Both the position numbers and the translations under genes were made by a program. A DNA stretch of 32,000 nt from Edaphobacter aggregans (lineage in GTDB: Bacteria; Acidobacteriota; Terriglobia; Terriglobales; Acidobacteriaceae): assembly GCF_003945235.1 (NCBI RefSeq), contig NZ_RSDW01000001.1, forward strand, positions 3,540,001-3,572,000, written 5' to 3'. Positions 8,624 through 16,895 of this stretch are shown here, in pieces. The notes below the pieces were generated by a model. It had not been told where the DNA came from. It did not search any database and saw nothing but the letters and a program-made list of their open reading frames with translations. The number at the start of each line of letters is the position of its first letter. Position 1 is the first letter of the stretch.

Positions 8624-9373
8624 CTACTGCAAGGTCCCCCGCAACCTCTCCAAATTTTTCGGCTGCGTATGAATAAACCCTCCCCGAGGGCTATTCAAAT
8701 CGGCAATAAATGCCAGTGACACCGCGACCACCAACGGCAGCACAATCGACAGCTTCCAGTCGGTACGTCTCGACCCATAGCCATACAAAACGTTGCAGCC
8801 CAGAGCAATCCCGAACATCAGAGCCCACGCGGCCACCGGAATGCGGTCCTCCCACACCTCCCGCGTCGCTCCCTCGGACTTAATCACATCGTTCACGCTG
8901 GCGACCGCAAGCGCCGCGACCGCAGTCGGCTGAGCCTGAGCCGGCTTACTCACAGCGGCCCAAAGCCCATGCTGCACCTGTGCCGTCTCCGCCGCAATTC
9001 TCTCTGTCTCCCTGTGCCCATTCACATAAAACTGAATCCGAAGATCCGTGTACTGACGCAGCAGATCGCGTATTCGAGCCGAATCTTCCTGAGGCACAAG
9101 CTCCGCTCGCAGATACGCCGTTTCAATCGCATTGGCCTCGGTCTCTTCATAGTCGCCGCGTAGCTCAAAGCGATTGATCGCCATCGAAAAGCTGAACCCG
9201 ATCACCAGCCCAAGCAGTGTCAGCGCCGCACCCAGAACGACATCGAAGTCCGGCCGCTCCTCCTCGCCGATACTCTTCCGGCGAACGCGCAGCCGAGCCC
9301 CCAACCAGTCCGCAAACCACAGCGCTGCGAATGAAACAAAAAAAATCAGGACAGGATAATCCAGGAGTTTCAT
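8624..9373 (-). CDS. Bestrophin-like / DUF4239-like membrane protein, paralog B
   Basis: 249 aa with the same architecture as paralog A. The first 65 residues are 58/65 identical to A; the rest is much more diverged. Confidence 0.75.
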   Translation of the reverse strand: MKLLDYPVLIFFVSFAALWFADWLGARLRVRRKSIGEEERPDFDVVLGAALTLLGLVIGFSFSMAINRFELRGDYEETEANAIETAYLRAELVPQEDSARIRDLLRQYTDLRIQFYVNGHRETERIAAETAQVQHGLWAAVSKPAQAQPTAVAALAVASVNDVIKSEGATREVWEDRIPVAAWALMFGIALGCNVLYGYGSRRTDWKLSIVLPLVVAVSLAFIADLNSPRGGFIHTQPKNLERLRGTLQ

Positions 9374-9440
9374 AGCAGCTCTCCCTCACACAGAAAAGCA
9401 GTGCCTTCGAAAGACACTGCCTTTCCGCCTTCGACTCCAG

Positions 9441-9797
9441 CTAAACGGGTTTCTTCTTCGGCCCATCCAGAAAACCAAACAGCAGATGCAGCAGTGCCAG
9501 CACCAGCGCGCCAAGAAATGCCGCCGTCCAGGTCGCTACGACAAAGCCCGGCACAAACACGCTCGAAAATTTCAGAATCACCGCATTGATGATCAGAAAG
9601 AACAGCCCAAACGTAAGAATCCCGAGCGGCAGCGTAATGATCTTCAAAAATAGCCCCAGCGTCGCATTCAGCAGCCCGATCACAATGACCGCAATTAAAG
9701 CCGACACAAAGCCACTGACCACAAAGCCCTGTACGAAATGCGAAACCACGAGCAGGGCCACAGCATTCAAAATCCAGTGCAGAAACAGACGAACCAT
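9441..9797 (-). CDS. Phage holin family IV / YvlD (DUF360)-type small 4-TM membrane protein
   Basis: 118 aa. LNAVALLVVSHFVQGF...ALIAVIVIGLLNATLGLFLKIITLPLGILTFGLFFLIINAVILKFSSVFVPGF closely follows the YvlD/Phage_holin_4_2 pattern. I preferred it over the overlapping 149-aa ORF 9370..9819. Confidence 0.85.
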   Translation of the reverse strand: MVRLFLHWILNAVALLVVSHFVQGFVVSGFVSALIAVIVIGLLNATLGLFLKIITLPLGILTFGLFFLIINAVILKFSSVFVPGFVVATWTAAFLGALVLALLHLLFGFLDGPKKKPV

Positions 9798-9913
9798 GGC
9801 TCGTTCCTTTCAGCCGCACAATTGAACACCCGGATTCGCCGTTAGCGTTTCCGCCACACGAGCATACCCCACCCAGCCCCGGCCCAGCATATTTTTCTCT
9901 TCCTGCTCGAAAC

Positions 9914-10405
9914 TTACTTCACCACGTCATGGTCGTAGCTGATCACCCGCGACACCTTCCAAGCCCCATCCTTGTACTGCCAAAGGTGAATGAACTTCGC
10001 CTCCCCCAGCACGTCATTCTGCACCCCGGGATGATGAAACCGATGCACGCCAATCTCCACGGCCCCATACCCCTTCAGCGGATAAACCTCCAGCGATCCC
10101 TTCACCAACTCTCGCGTCACCTTCCCGCAGATATTGTTCTTGATCGCAACCAGAAACGGCTGCTTCCCCACCATCAGCCCTGTCTTATCGTGATAAAACT
10201 CCAGATCGTCCACCACCAGCGAGCCCAGCTTATCGATATCGCAATTGTTGTAAGCATCGAAAAGCTGCGTATCCAGAGCCGAAATCGCACGCGTCAACTC
10301 CGCATCGCTCTTGATCGCCTCCAGCGCAGGAACAGCCTGAGCCTCCACCCGAACCAACGTCCCCGCCATCAAGCCCACCAGCACCAAAGCCGAAAACCTC
10401 TTCAT
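9914..10405 (-). CDS. Secreted NTF2-fold (SnoaL/DUF4440-like) protein
   Basis: I chose the ATG at 10405 (MKRFSALVLVGLMAGTLVRVEAQA, a signal peptide), which is preceded by GGAGGG. The body (LFDAYNNCDIDKLGSLVVDDLEFYHDKTG...WQYKDGAWKVSRVISYDH) looks like an NTF2-like fold. Confidence 0.65.
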   Translation of the reverse strand: MKRFSALVLVGLMAGTLVRVEAQAVPALEAIKSDAELTRAISALDTQLFDAYNNCDIDKLGSLVVDDLEFYHDKTGLMVGKQPFLVAIKNNICGKVTRELVKGSLEVYPLKGYGAVEIGVHRFHHPGVQNDVLGEAKFIHLWQYKDGAWKVSRVISYDHDVVK

Positions 10406-10503
10406 CGAACCCTCCGCGCTCAGAAAGTAAGCACCCTCCGCAATACGCAAGCATCTATAAGAATGTTCATCCGCATTAACCTCAAACCAGGAAACCGCAA
10501 CTC

Positions 10504-11079
10504 ATGGGCAAAAAATTCGAGCGCATCGAACCCGCTCACCTCGAATTCATCGAGCGTCAGCACATCTTCTTCAACGCCTCCGCCGCCCCCGAAGGCCGTG
10601 TCAACGTCTCGCCCCGCGACGCCGCCGCTCTCCGCATCCTCGACCCCAACACCGTCGTCTACCTCGATCGCACCGGCAGTGGCAACGAGACCGCCGCCCA
10701 CCTCCGCCTCAACCCTCGCCTCACCCTCATGTTCTGCGCCTTCGAAGGCTCCCCCATGATCCTTCGCCTCTACGGCCACGCCCGCATCCTGCCCCGCCAC
10801 AGCGACGAGTACGACACCCTCCTCGCCACCCACTTCAACAACACCGAATTCCCCGGCGCCCGCCAGATGCTCCTGCTCCACATCGACCTCGTCCAGACCT
10901 CCTGCGGCATGAGCGTCCCCTTCTTCGATTACGTCAGCGAACGCGACCAACTAGACCGCTGGGCCGAAGTCAAAGGAGAAGCCGCCCTAGAAGACTACCG
11001 CCGCCAGAAAAACACCCTCAGCATCGACGGCTACCCAACCGGCATGTTTGAAGAGATCAAAGAAACCACCGTCCCTTAA
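10504..11079 (+). CDS. Pyridoxamine 5'-phosphate oxidase (PNPOx)-like FMN-binding family protein
   Basis: 191 aa. FIERQHIFFNASAAPEGRVNVSPRD...VVYLDRTGSGNETAAHLRLNPRLTLMFCAFEGSPMILRLYG is the typical split-barrel PNPOx-like pattern. Confidence 0.7.
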   Translation: MGKKFERIEPAHLEFIERQHIFFNASAAPEGRVNVSPRDAAALRILDPNTVVYLDRTGSGNETAAHLRLNPRLTLMFCAFEGSPMILRLYGHARILPRHSDEYDTLLATHFNNTEFPGARQMLLLHIDLVQTSCGMSVPFFDYVSERDQLDRWAEVKGEAALEDYRRQKNTLSIDGYPTGMFEEIKETTVP

Positions 11080-11123
11080 AGCCGTTTCACTCGACAACCT
11101 TTTTGATTCGTCCGGCTTCTAGG

Positions 11124-11190
11124 TACCCCAAGGCTTCAGCCTTGGGTCTTTCAATACACCGAAGAAAAAGGCTTCAGCCCCTGGGGTATG
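11124..11190. repeat. Pair of short hairpin repeats built on the ggcttcagcc core
   Basis: cccaaggcttcagccttggg at 11127-11146 forms an 8-bp stem with a ttca loop. A second, related, inverted unit, aggcttcagcccctggggta, lies at about 11169-11188. The unit at 11125-11146 (taccccaaggcttcagccttgg) resembles the reverse complement of the second unit. Confidence 0.5.
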
Positions 11191-11208
11191 CCTTTACTAA
11201 ATTGCGCA

Positions 11209-11778
11209 TCATTTTCTACTAGAAGACTCATCCGACTTCGACAAACCCAACGTCATGATTTCGCTCCCGCCACTAAAGAGCGACCATCCCCCGCTATCTT
11301 CAGCCATCTCCACATAGGGAAACCTACGGTAGATCGCGGCAATAATCTCTTCCGCTTGCTCTTTGTTCACATGAGTCATGAGGCGGGTGGAACTCCAGCT
11401 GCCGAGTCGCGCATAAAGACCGCTTGGCTCATCTTCGCCACCCTCTCTATAGTCCAAACCCGAAATGCTCGACCATTGAAGACGTAAATTGCTGCTTGAG
11501 ATTCGACCAAGAGTACCAATGACCTCAATGCCCTCTTTCGTAATCAGTAGCTCTGCATGATCGTCACCAAGCCACCCGACAACGCCATGACCTATAGCAA
11601 CCACCAGCATGAGGAGGACAATCCAGCTTTGATTGCGCCAGAAGAGAAATGCCAGCCCCGCGATAACAAGAGCCTCCACAAGAAAATCAATCCAGCGCCT
11701 TTGTCTCGTGAACAAAACCTGCATTTCATCTTCTCGATCGAAGATCTCGAAACGAACGCTTGGCCCGAACCATTTCAT
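11209..11778 (-). CDS. Hypothetical 2-TM membrane protein (no family recognised)
   Basis: 189-aa ORF. It has two adjacent TMs (FLVEALVIAGLAFLFW, WIVLLMLVVAIGHGVVGWL) followed by a soluble domain. It is AT-richer than its neighbours and is divergent from pheT, 73 nt away. Confidence 0.6.
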   Translation of the reverse strand: MKWFGPSVRFEIFDREDEMQVLFTRQRRWIDFLVEALVIAGLAFLFWRNQSWIVLLMLVVAIGHGVVGWLGDDHAELLITKEGIEVIGTLGRISSSNLRLQWSSISGLDYREGGEDEPSGLYARLGSWSSTRLMTHVNKEQAEEIIAAIYRRFPYVEMAEDSGGWSLFSGGSEIMTLGLSKSDESSSRK

Positions 11779-11851
11779 GCAATGATCTTAGCTTTGCCGA
11801 ACCCCGTTTCAAGGAAAACAGGGCAAACATTTAGACTAGAAGCCGTCCATC

Positions 11852-14023
11852 ATGAAGATTCTCACCGCGTGGCTCCGCCACTACCTCCCCACCCTCTCCG
11901 TCACCGACCGGCAACTAGCCGACGACCTCACCCTGCGCGGTATCGCCGTCGAAGGCGTCCACGATCTCACGCCTGAATCTGAAAGACGACCTTCATACGC
12001 GTCTGGAGAGCTCAAGCGGCTACAAGAAAAATATGGATCCCTCTTCGAGATGGACATCACCACCAACCGTGTCGACGCCATGAACCACTACGGCATCGCG
12101 CGTGAAGCCGCCACCATCTACAACCTCCCGCTCGAGCACCTCAACACCAAGCTCCCCGTAGGCACCCTCGTCGACGGCCCATTCCCCATCCGCATCGCCC
12201 CCGACGCCAAAGGACTCTGCGGCCGTTTCACCGCGCAGGTTCTCCGTAACGTCACCATCGCCCCTAGCACCGGAAAAATCTCCGAATACTTCAACCTCCT
12301 CGGCCAGAAACAAATCTCGAACGCCGTCGACGCCAGCAACTACGTCCTCCTCGGCATGGGCCACCCCACCCACGCCTTCGACCTCGACAAGATCGAAGGA
12401 GGCATCGTCGTCCGCCTCGCCCACAAAGGCGAGAAGCTCAAGCTCCTCGACGGCACCGAGCGCACCCTCGAAGCCGACGACCTCGTAGTAGCCGACGAAA
12501 AGAAGGCCCTAGCCCTCGCCGGAGTCATGGGCGGCTGGGACTCCATGATTACCCCCGAAACCAAAAACATCCTCATCGAGGCCGCCTGGTTCGACCCGGC
12601 CACCGTCCGTCGCAGCTCCCGCCGCCATCTCCTCCACACCGACGCCTCCCACCGCTTCGAGCGCGGAGCCGACTTCAACGCCGCCCCCGTCGCCAACGCC
12701 CTCGTTGCGCAGCGCATCCTGCAAGCCGGCGGAAAGATCGAAGGCGAGCTCATCGACGTCATCGACCCCGACGTAGCCGCCCGTACCGCCAACCGTCCCA
12801 CCATCGAGCTCTCCGTAAAGCAGGTCCAGCGCCACCTCGGCAAAACCATCGACCCCGAAGGCATCACCGGCGAGATCGTCGCCCGCTACCTCTCCTCGCT
12901 GGGTTGCGAGCTCATCCTCCACGGACTCGACATCTACCGCACCAAACTCCCCTCCTGGCGCCTCGACCTCGAGCGCGAGATCGACCTCATCGAAGAAGTC
13001 GCCCGCGTCTACGGCTACAACCGCTTCGCCAACACCCTGCCCACCGCGCTCCCCGTCATCGCTCACCCCACGGCAGCCAAGGAAGCCGCCGTCCGCACGC
13101 GCCTCCTCGCCCTCGGCTTCAGCGAATCCATTTCTAGCAGCTTCGCCAGCCAGCAGGACAGCGACCTCTTCTACACCACGAAGCAGACAGGCCAGCAACC
13201 AGTCCCCATGGAGAACCCGCTCTCCGAAGAAGCCTCCCTCCTCCGTCCATCGCTCATCCCTGGTATGGCGACGATGCTCGCCCACAACCTCAACAGAGAC
13301 GTCCGCGAAGTCCGCCTCTTCGAACAGGGCCAGATCTTCACCGGCACGATCCCCGCCGACGCCTCCCACATCGCCGACGTCCACGAATCCCCTCAGCTCA
13401 CCCTCGGCCTCACCACCGCGAACCCGCAGACCATCGCGCCGCACATGGCCCAAGACGTCCCCTTCTTCGAGCTCAAGGGAGCCATCGAATCCCTCCTCTC
13501 CCTCTTCACCCTCCCCGGAGGCGCCGAGGCCGTCACCTTCACCCCCGAATCACCCGCCTGGCTCCAGCCAGGCCGCTCTGCCACCGCACTCCTGAACAAC
13601 CAACCCATAGCCCACTTCGGCGAACTGGCTCAAACACAGGCCCAGCACCGCAAACTCCGGCAGCCCGTCTATCTCGCCCAGGTCGACCTGGCCACCCTCT
13701 ACGATCTCTCCCTGCGCAAGATCACGGCCCACGACCTCTCCCGCTATCAAGCCGTCGAGCGCGACTTCTCCTTCGTCTTCCCCGACGCCGTCCAATGGCA
13801 CACCATCGCCTGCGCCATCCAGGCCCTCGCGATCCCCGAGCTACAAAGTCGCAAGCCCATCGAAGTCTGGCGCAATGAAAAGAAGTACCCCGGCGTCTAC
13901 TCCCTCCTGGTCCGCACCATCTTCCAATCGCTCGACCGCACCCTTCGAGACGAAGAGCTAGCGACCTGGTCCACCCAGATCATCGAGACCCTAACCAAAC
14001 TAGGCGGCACCCTCCGAGCCTGA
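11852..14023 (+). CDS. pheT: Phenylalanine--tRNA ligase beta subunit (short form, no OB-fold tRNA-binding domain)
   Basis: 723 aa. The N-terminus is the B1 domain (MKILTAWLRHYLP...). B3_4 motifs are present (NAVDASNYVLLGMGHPTHAFDLDKIEGGIVVR, LHTDASHRFERG), as are B5 and the C-terminal FDX-ACB-like region. Confidence 0.95.
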   Translation: MKILTAWLRHYLPTLSVTDRQLADDLTLRGIAVEGVHDLTPESERRPSYASGELKRLQEKYGSLFEMDITTNRVDAMNHYGIAREAATIYNLPLEHLNTKLPVGTLVDGPFPIRIAPDAKGLCGRFTAQVLRNVTIAPSTGKISEYFNLLGQKQISNAVDASNYVLLGMGHPTHAFDLDKIEGGIVVRLAHKGEKLKLLDGTERTLEADDLVVADEKKALALAGVMGGWDSMITPETKNILIEAAWFDPATVRRSSRRHLLHTDASHRFERGADFNAAPVANALVAQRILQAGGKIEGELIDVIDPDVAARTANRPTIELSVKQVQRHLGKTIDPEGITGEIVARYLSSLGCELILHGLDIYRTKLPSWRLDLEREIDLIEEVARVYGYNRFANTLPTALPVIAHPTAAKEAAVRTRLLALGFSESISSSFASQQDSDLFYTTKQTGQQPVPMENPLSEEASLLRPSLIPGMATMLAHNLNRDVREVRLFEQGQIFTGTIPADASHIADVHESPQLTLGLTTANPQTIAPHMAQDVPFFELKGAIESLLSLFTLPGGAEAVTFTPESPAWLQPGRSATALLNNQPIAHFGELAQTQAQHRKLRQPVYLAQVDLATLYDLSLRKITAHDLSRYQAVERDFSFVFPDAVQWHTIACAIQALAIPELQSRKPIEVWRNEKKYPGVYSLLVRTIFQSLDRTLRDEELATWSTQIIETLTKLGGTLRA

Positions 14024-14077
14024 CGCCCAACCAACTGCCGTCGCCGTGGGCGCGGTTTGTAGTTGCTCTTGCTTTTC

Positions 14078-14177
14078 TAGCTTGTCATCCCCGAAGGGGA
14101 CCTGCTGTCGCCGTTGCTGTTGTAGTGTAGTTGCTTGTCATTCTGAGCGAGGCGAAGAACCCCCGCATTTTGCTCGC
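14078..14177. repeat. Two tandem variants of the tgtcat(c/t)c...gaag(g/a)acc intergenic repeat family
   Basis: Unit 1 is cttgtcatccccgaaggggacctgctgtcgcc (14081-14112), containing a tcccc/gggga hairpin. Unit 2 is cttgtcattctgagcgaggcgaagaacccccgcattttgctcgc (14134-14177). The same family occurs at 17138-17196. Each unit is preceded by tgt/tgc-rich runs, which produce the spurious Cys-rich ORF 14046..14414. Confidence 0.65.
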
Positions 14178-14370
14178 AGCGCCACGAAAACTCCACGGCA
14201 GAGTCCCAAAAGTGCCATCCGCCAACCAGCTTTTCCACACTTCGCTCCATCAACCCACCACCAAAAACCACACGCTACACACCACTTCGCAACAAACCCG
14301 AACCCAGAAAGATACCCCAAAAAAATATCCACGGATTCACCCTCTATACTCTTCCACAGGAGTACAAGTA

Positions 14371-14628
14371 ATGACCACAGCCACCATCAGCGTCGACGAG
14401 TTCCAGGCCCTTGAACAGAAGGTCCTTCGCGCAGTAGAGATCGTCAAGCGGGAGCGCGAAGCCCGCGCCAAAGCCGAGGCCGAAGTCACCTCCCTCCGCG
14501 AGCAGCTCGAGTTCCAGACCCTCGTCGCCACCGAGGCCCAGACCGCCGTCACCACCCTCACCAAGGACCGCGACGCCGTCCGCCTGCGCGTAGAAAAAAT
14601 GCTCCAGCAAATGGACGACCTCCTCTAA
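14371..14628 (+). CDS. Small coiled-coil protein, ZapB-like (cell-division associated), upstream of zapA
   Basis: The ATG at 14371 follows AGGAG. The 85-aa product is a continuous heptad-like coiled coil (VDEFQALEQKVLRAVEIVKREREARAKAEAEVTSLREQLE...). It ends 33 nt before zapA. The longer track ORF starting at 14131 reads through the repeat element and was rejected. Confidence 0.55.
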   Translation: MTTATISVDEFQALEQKVLRAVEIVKREREARAKAEAEVTSLREQLEFQTLVATEAQTAVTTLTKDRDAVRLRVEKMLQQMDDLL

Positions 14629-14661
14629 AACCCGCGTCAACAGCGCACTTCAGGAGTAACG

Positions 14662-15018
14662 ATGGATCAGACTCTCACCCCGCCCGCACCACAACAGCTC
14701 GCTGAGAGTCAATCCATCGCCGTCGAAATTTACGACCAGATCTACAATCTCCGCGGCACTGATCCCGCCTACATCCAGCAGCTCGCCCAGGTCGTTGACG
14801 CCAAGATGCGCGCCGTCTCCGCCCTTGGCAACACTGTCGATTCGCTCCGCGTAGCCGTCCTTGCCGCCCTCAACATCGCCGACGAGCTTCAATCCCTCCG
14901 CCAGCGCCACGAAACCCTCGCCGGCAGCCTCTCCCTCTCGCAGGTCACCATGCGTTCCCGCGCCGGTTCTCTCGCCGGACTCCTCGACGAAGTTCTCGAA
15001 GATCGCAAAGTCGGCTAG
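14662..15018 (+). CDS. zapA: Cell division protein ZapA
   Basis: 118 aa. IAVEIYDQIYNLRGTDPAYIQQLAQVVDAKMRAVS...LRVAVLAALNIADELQSL matches the ZapA pattern. It is also in the conserved position downstream of pheT. Confidence 0.85.
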   Translation: MDQTLTPPAPQQLAESQSIAVEIYDQIYNLRGTDPAYIQQLAQVVDAKMRAVSALGNTVDSLRVAVLAALNIADELQSLRQRHETLAGSLSLSQVTMRSRAGSLAGLLDEVLEDRKVG

Positions 15019-15098
15019 CATTTTTCCTTGAATTTCCGCCGTCGCCGTTGAATGATGATGCTGCTGCTTCAATCAAGATCATCTTTCACGGAGCCCCG

Positions 15099-16142
15099 AT
15101 GCGTCCCCTTGTCGCACTTGTACTAGCCACTTTTTGCTGCCTCCCCACCATCAACGCCCAGGCCCCCCAAAGCTATAAATCCGACCCGAAATTCATCAGT
15201 GCCGTGGCCGAAGCCAAAAAACTCGCCAACCAGCACGAGTACTTCTTCGCCATCGACTCCTACAAAAAAGCCAACAAAATCGCGGGCGGCAAAGATTTCA
15301 ACTCTCTCGATGAAATCTTCACCATCCAGATGACCATCGCCAGGTACAAGGATGCAGCCAACACAGCATCCGAGATGGAATCCATCGCCACCAACCCATC
15401 CGACAAATCCTACGCCGAAGGTAGCCGCGGCTTCGCTCTCTATCAGCAGGCCGGCGACAAGGGTAAGCCCGAGTTCCTCAAAGCAGCAGATGAGTCCCTA
15501 AAAGCAGCGATTGCCAGCAATCCTAAAAACGCCACGGCGCACTTCTATGAAGGCAGAACACTTGCGCGGCTCAACCAGATCGACGCCGCCAGCGAGCAAT
15601 TCAAGGCATGTCTAAGCTGCCTCTCCCCAAAAGATCCAAGCTACGTCCGCACCGAGCATTTCGCCGCAAACCCTGCGCTATCGCTCGCCAAAATGGCTCC
15701 TCCTATCACCGTCACCGCCCTCGACGGCTCGCACTTCAACCTCGACGAGATGGGCGGACGCGTCGTCCTCATCGACTTCTGGGCTACATGGTGCGGCCCC
15801 TGCAAAGCCGAACTCCCCCACATGAAAAAAATCGCAAAAGAGTTCGCCAACGAACCCCTCGTCATCATCAGCGTCAGCTGGGACTCCGACGAGGCCAAAT
15901 GGAAGGACTTCATCGCCAAGAACGAGATGACCTGGGTCCAATACCGCGACGCCAACCACGATCTCTCGAACGCCTTCGGTATCAACGCCATCCCGCACTA
16001 TTTCACCATCGACACGGATGGTGTCCTCACCGCCGAGATGCTTGGAGAAGGTTCCGACGTCGAAGGCAAGCTCAAAAAACTCATCGCCAAAGCGAAGGCA
16101 GCCCGCGAAAGCGCACCTCGCTCATCCTCCACTGGCAACTAG
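15099..16142 (+). CDS. Secreted TPR-like domain plus TlpA/redoxin-family thiol:disulfide oxidoreductase
   Basis: The ATG at 15099 gives the signal peptide MRPLVALVLATFCCLPTINAQA. The C-terminal thioredoxin fold carries the WCGPC active site (VVLIDFWATWCGPCKAELPHMKKI). The N-terminal ~190 aa are helical-repeat-like. Confidence 0.8.
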   Translation: MRPLVALVLATFCCLPTINAQAPQSYKSDPKFISAVAEAKKLANQHEYFFAIDSYKKANKIAGGKDFNSLDEIFTIQMTIARYKDAANTASEMESIATNPSDKSYAEGSRGFALYQQAGDKGKPEFLKAADESLKAAIASNPKNATAHFYEGRTLARLNQIDAASEQFKACLSCLSPKDPSYVRTEHFAANPALSLAKMAPPITVTALDGSHFNLDEMGGRVVLIDFWATWCGPCKAELPHMKKIAKEFANEPLVIISVSWDSDEAKWKDFIAKNEMTWVQYRDANHDLSNAFGINAIPHYFTIDTDGVLTAEMLGEGSDVEGKLKKLIAKAKAARESAPRSSSTGN

Positions 16143-16202
16143 CGAATCTCGCGCCGACCGTTAGCCGCTACACTTGAAGCAAGCTCACAGTAGGAATCTA
16201 AC

Positions 16203-16838
16203 GTGTATATCCCCAAGTTCAACGAAGAGACCCGGCTCGACGTCATGCATGCCCTCATCGAGACGCAGCCGCTCGCCACACTCGTCACCATGAGCAACTC
16301 CGGCCTTATCGCGACGCATCTCCCCATGTTGCTCGCTCGCGGCGAAGGCCCGCACGGCACGCTGCGAGGTCACCTCTCCCGCGCCAACACACAGTGGCGG
16401 GATCTCAATGTCTCCCTCGAAGCCCTCGCCATCTTCGCCGGCGCCCATCACTACATCTCGCCCAACTGGTATCCCGAGAAAGCCGAAGACGGCAAAGTCG
16501 TCCCTACCTGGAACTACGCCGTCGTCCATGCCTATGGCCCTCTCAAAATCATCGAAGACCCGGCATGGCTGCGCTCGCACCTCAACGCTCTCGTCACCCA
16601 GCACGAGTCCAGCTTCTCCACCCCATGGAAGATCACTGACGCACCAGCCGACTACATCGCATCGCAGATCAAGGGAATCGTCGGCCTCGAACTCCCCATC
16701 ACCCGTATCGAAGGCAAGTGGAAGGTCAGCCAGAACAAGTCCGAGCGCACCCTCCGCGCCGTCGAGCAAGGCCTCGAAGACCTCAACACCCCCGAAGCCC
16801 TCGCCATGCGCGACCTCGTCCACGGCAAGCGGCCCTGA
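16203..16838 (+). CDS. paiB: PaiB-family FMN-binding protein (annotated as a negative transcriptional regulator)
   Basis: GTG start, 211 aa. MYIPKFNEETRLDVMHALIETQPLATLVT...HYISPNWYPEK...VPTWNYAVVHAYG...GKWKVSQNKS matches the PaiB family pattern. Confidence 0.8.
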   Translation: MYIPKFNEETRLDVMHALIETQPLATLVTMSNSGLIATHLPMLLARGEGPHGTLRGHLSRANTQWRDLNVSLEALAIFAGAHHYISPNWYPEKAEDGKVVPTWNYAVVHAYGPLKIIEDPAWLRSHLNALVTQHESSFSTPWKITDAPADYIASQIKGIVGLELPITRIEGKWKVSQNKSERTLRAVEQGLEDLNTPEALAMRDLVHGKRP

Positions 16839-16895
16839 ACACAACGCCCTTGTCAACTTGCATTGCTCCTCCGGCATAGGTAGGATCACAACCTA

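Noticed and set aside
9370-9819. 149-aa minus-strand ORF overlapping the YvlD-like gene
   Set aside because: It is in an alternative frame of the same region, with a Cys/Gly/Ala-rich, non-membrane-like translation. The 118-aa frame has a clear family match.
14046-14414. 122-aa Cys-rich ORF, and the 165-aa ORF 14131..14628
   Set aside because: The N-terminal parts are translations of the tgt/tgc-rich intergenic repeat units (…VILSEAKNP… type). Only the 3' portion from the ATG at 14371, which has an AGGAG Shine-Dalgarno sequence and encodes a coiled coil, looks like a gene.
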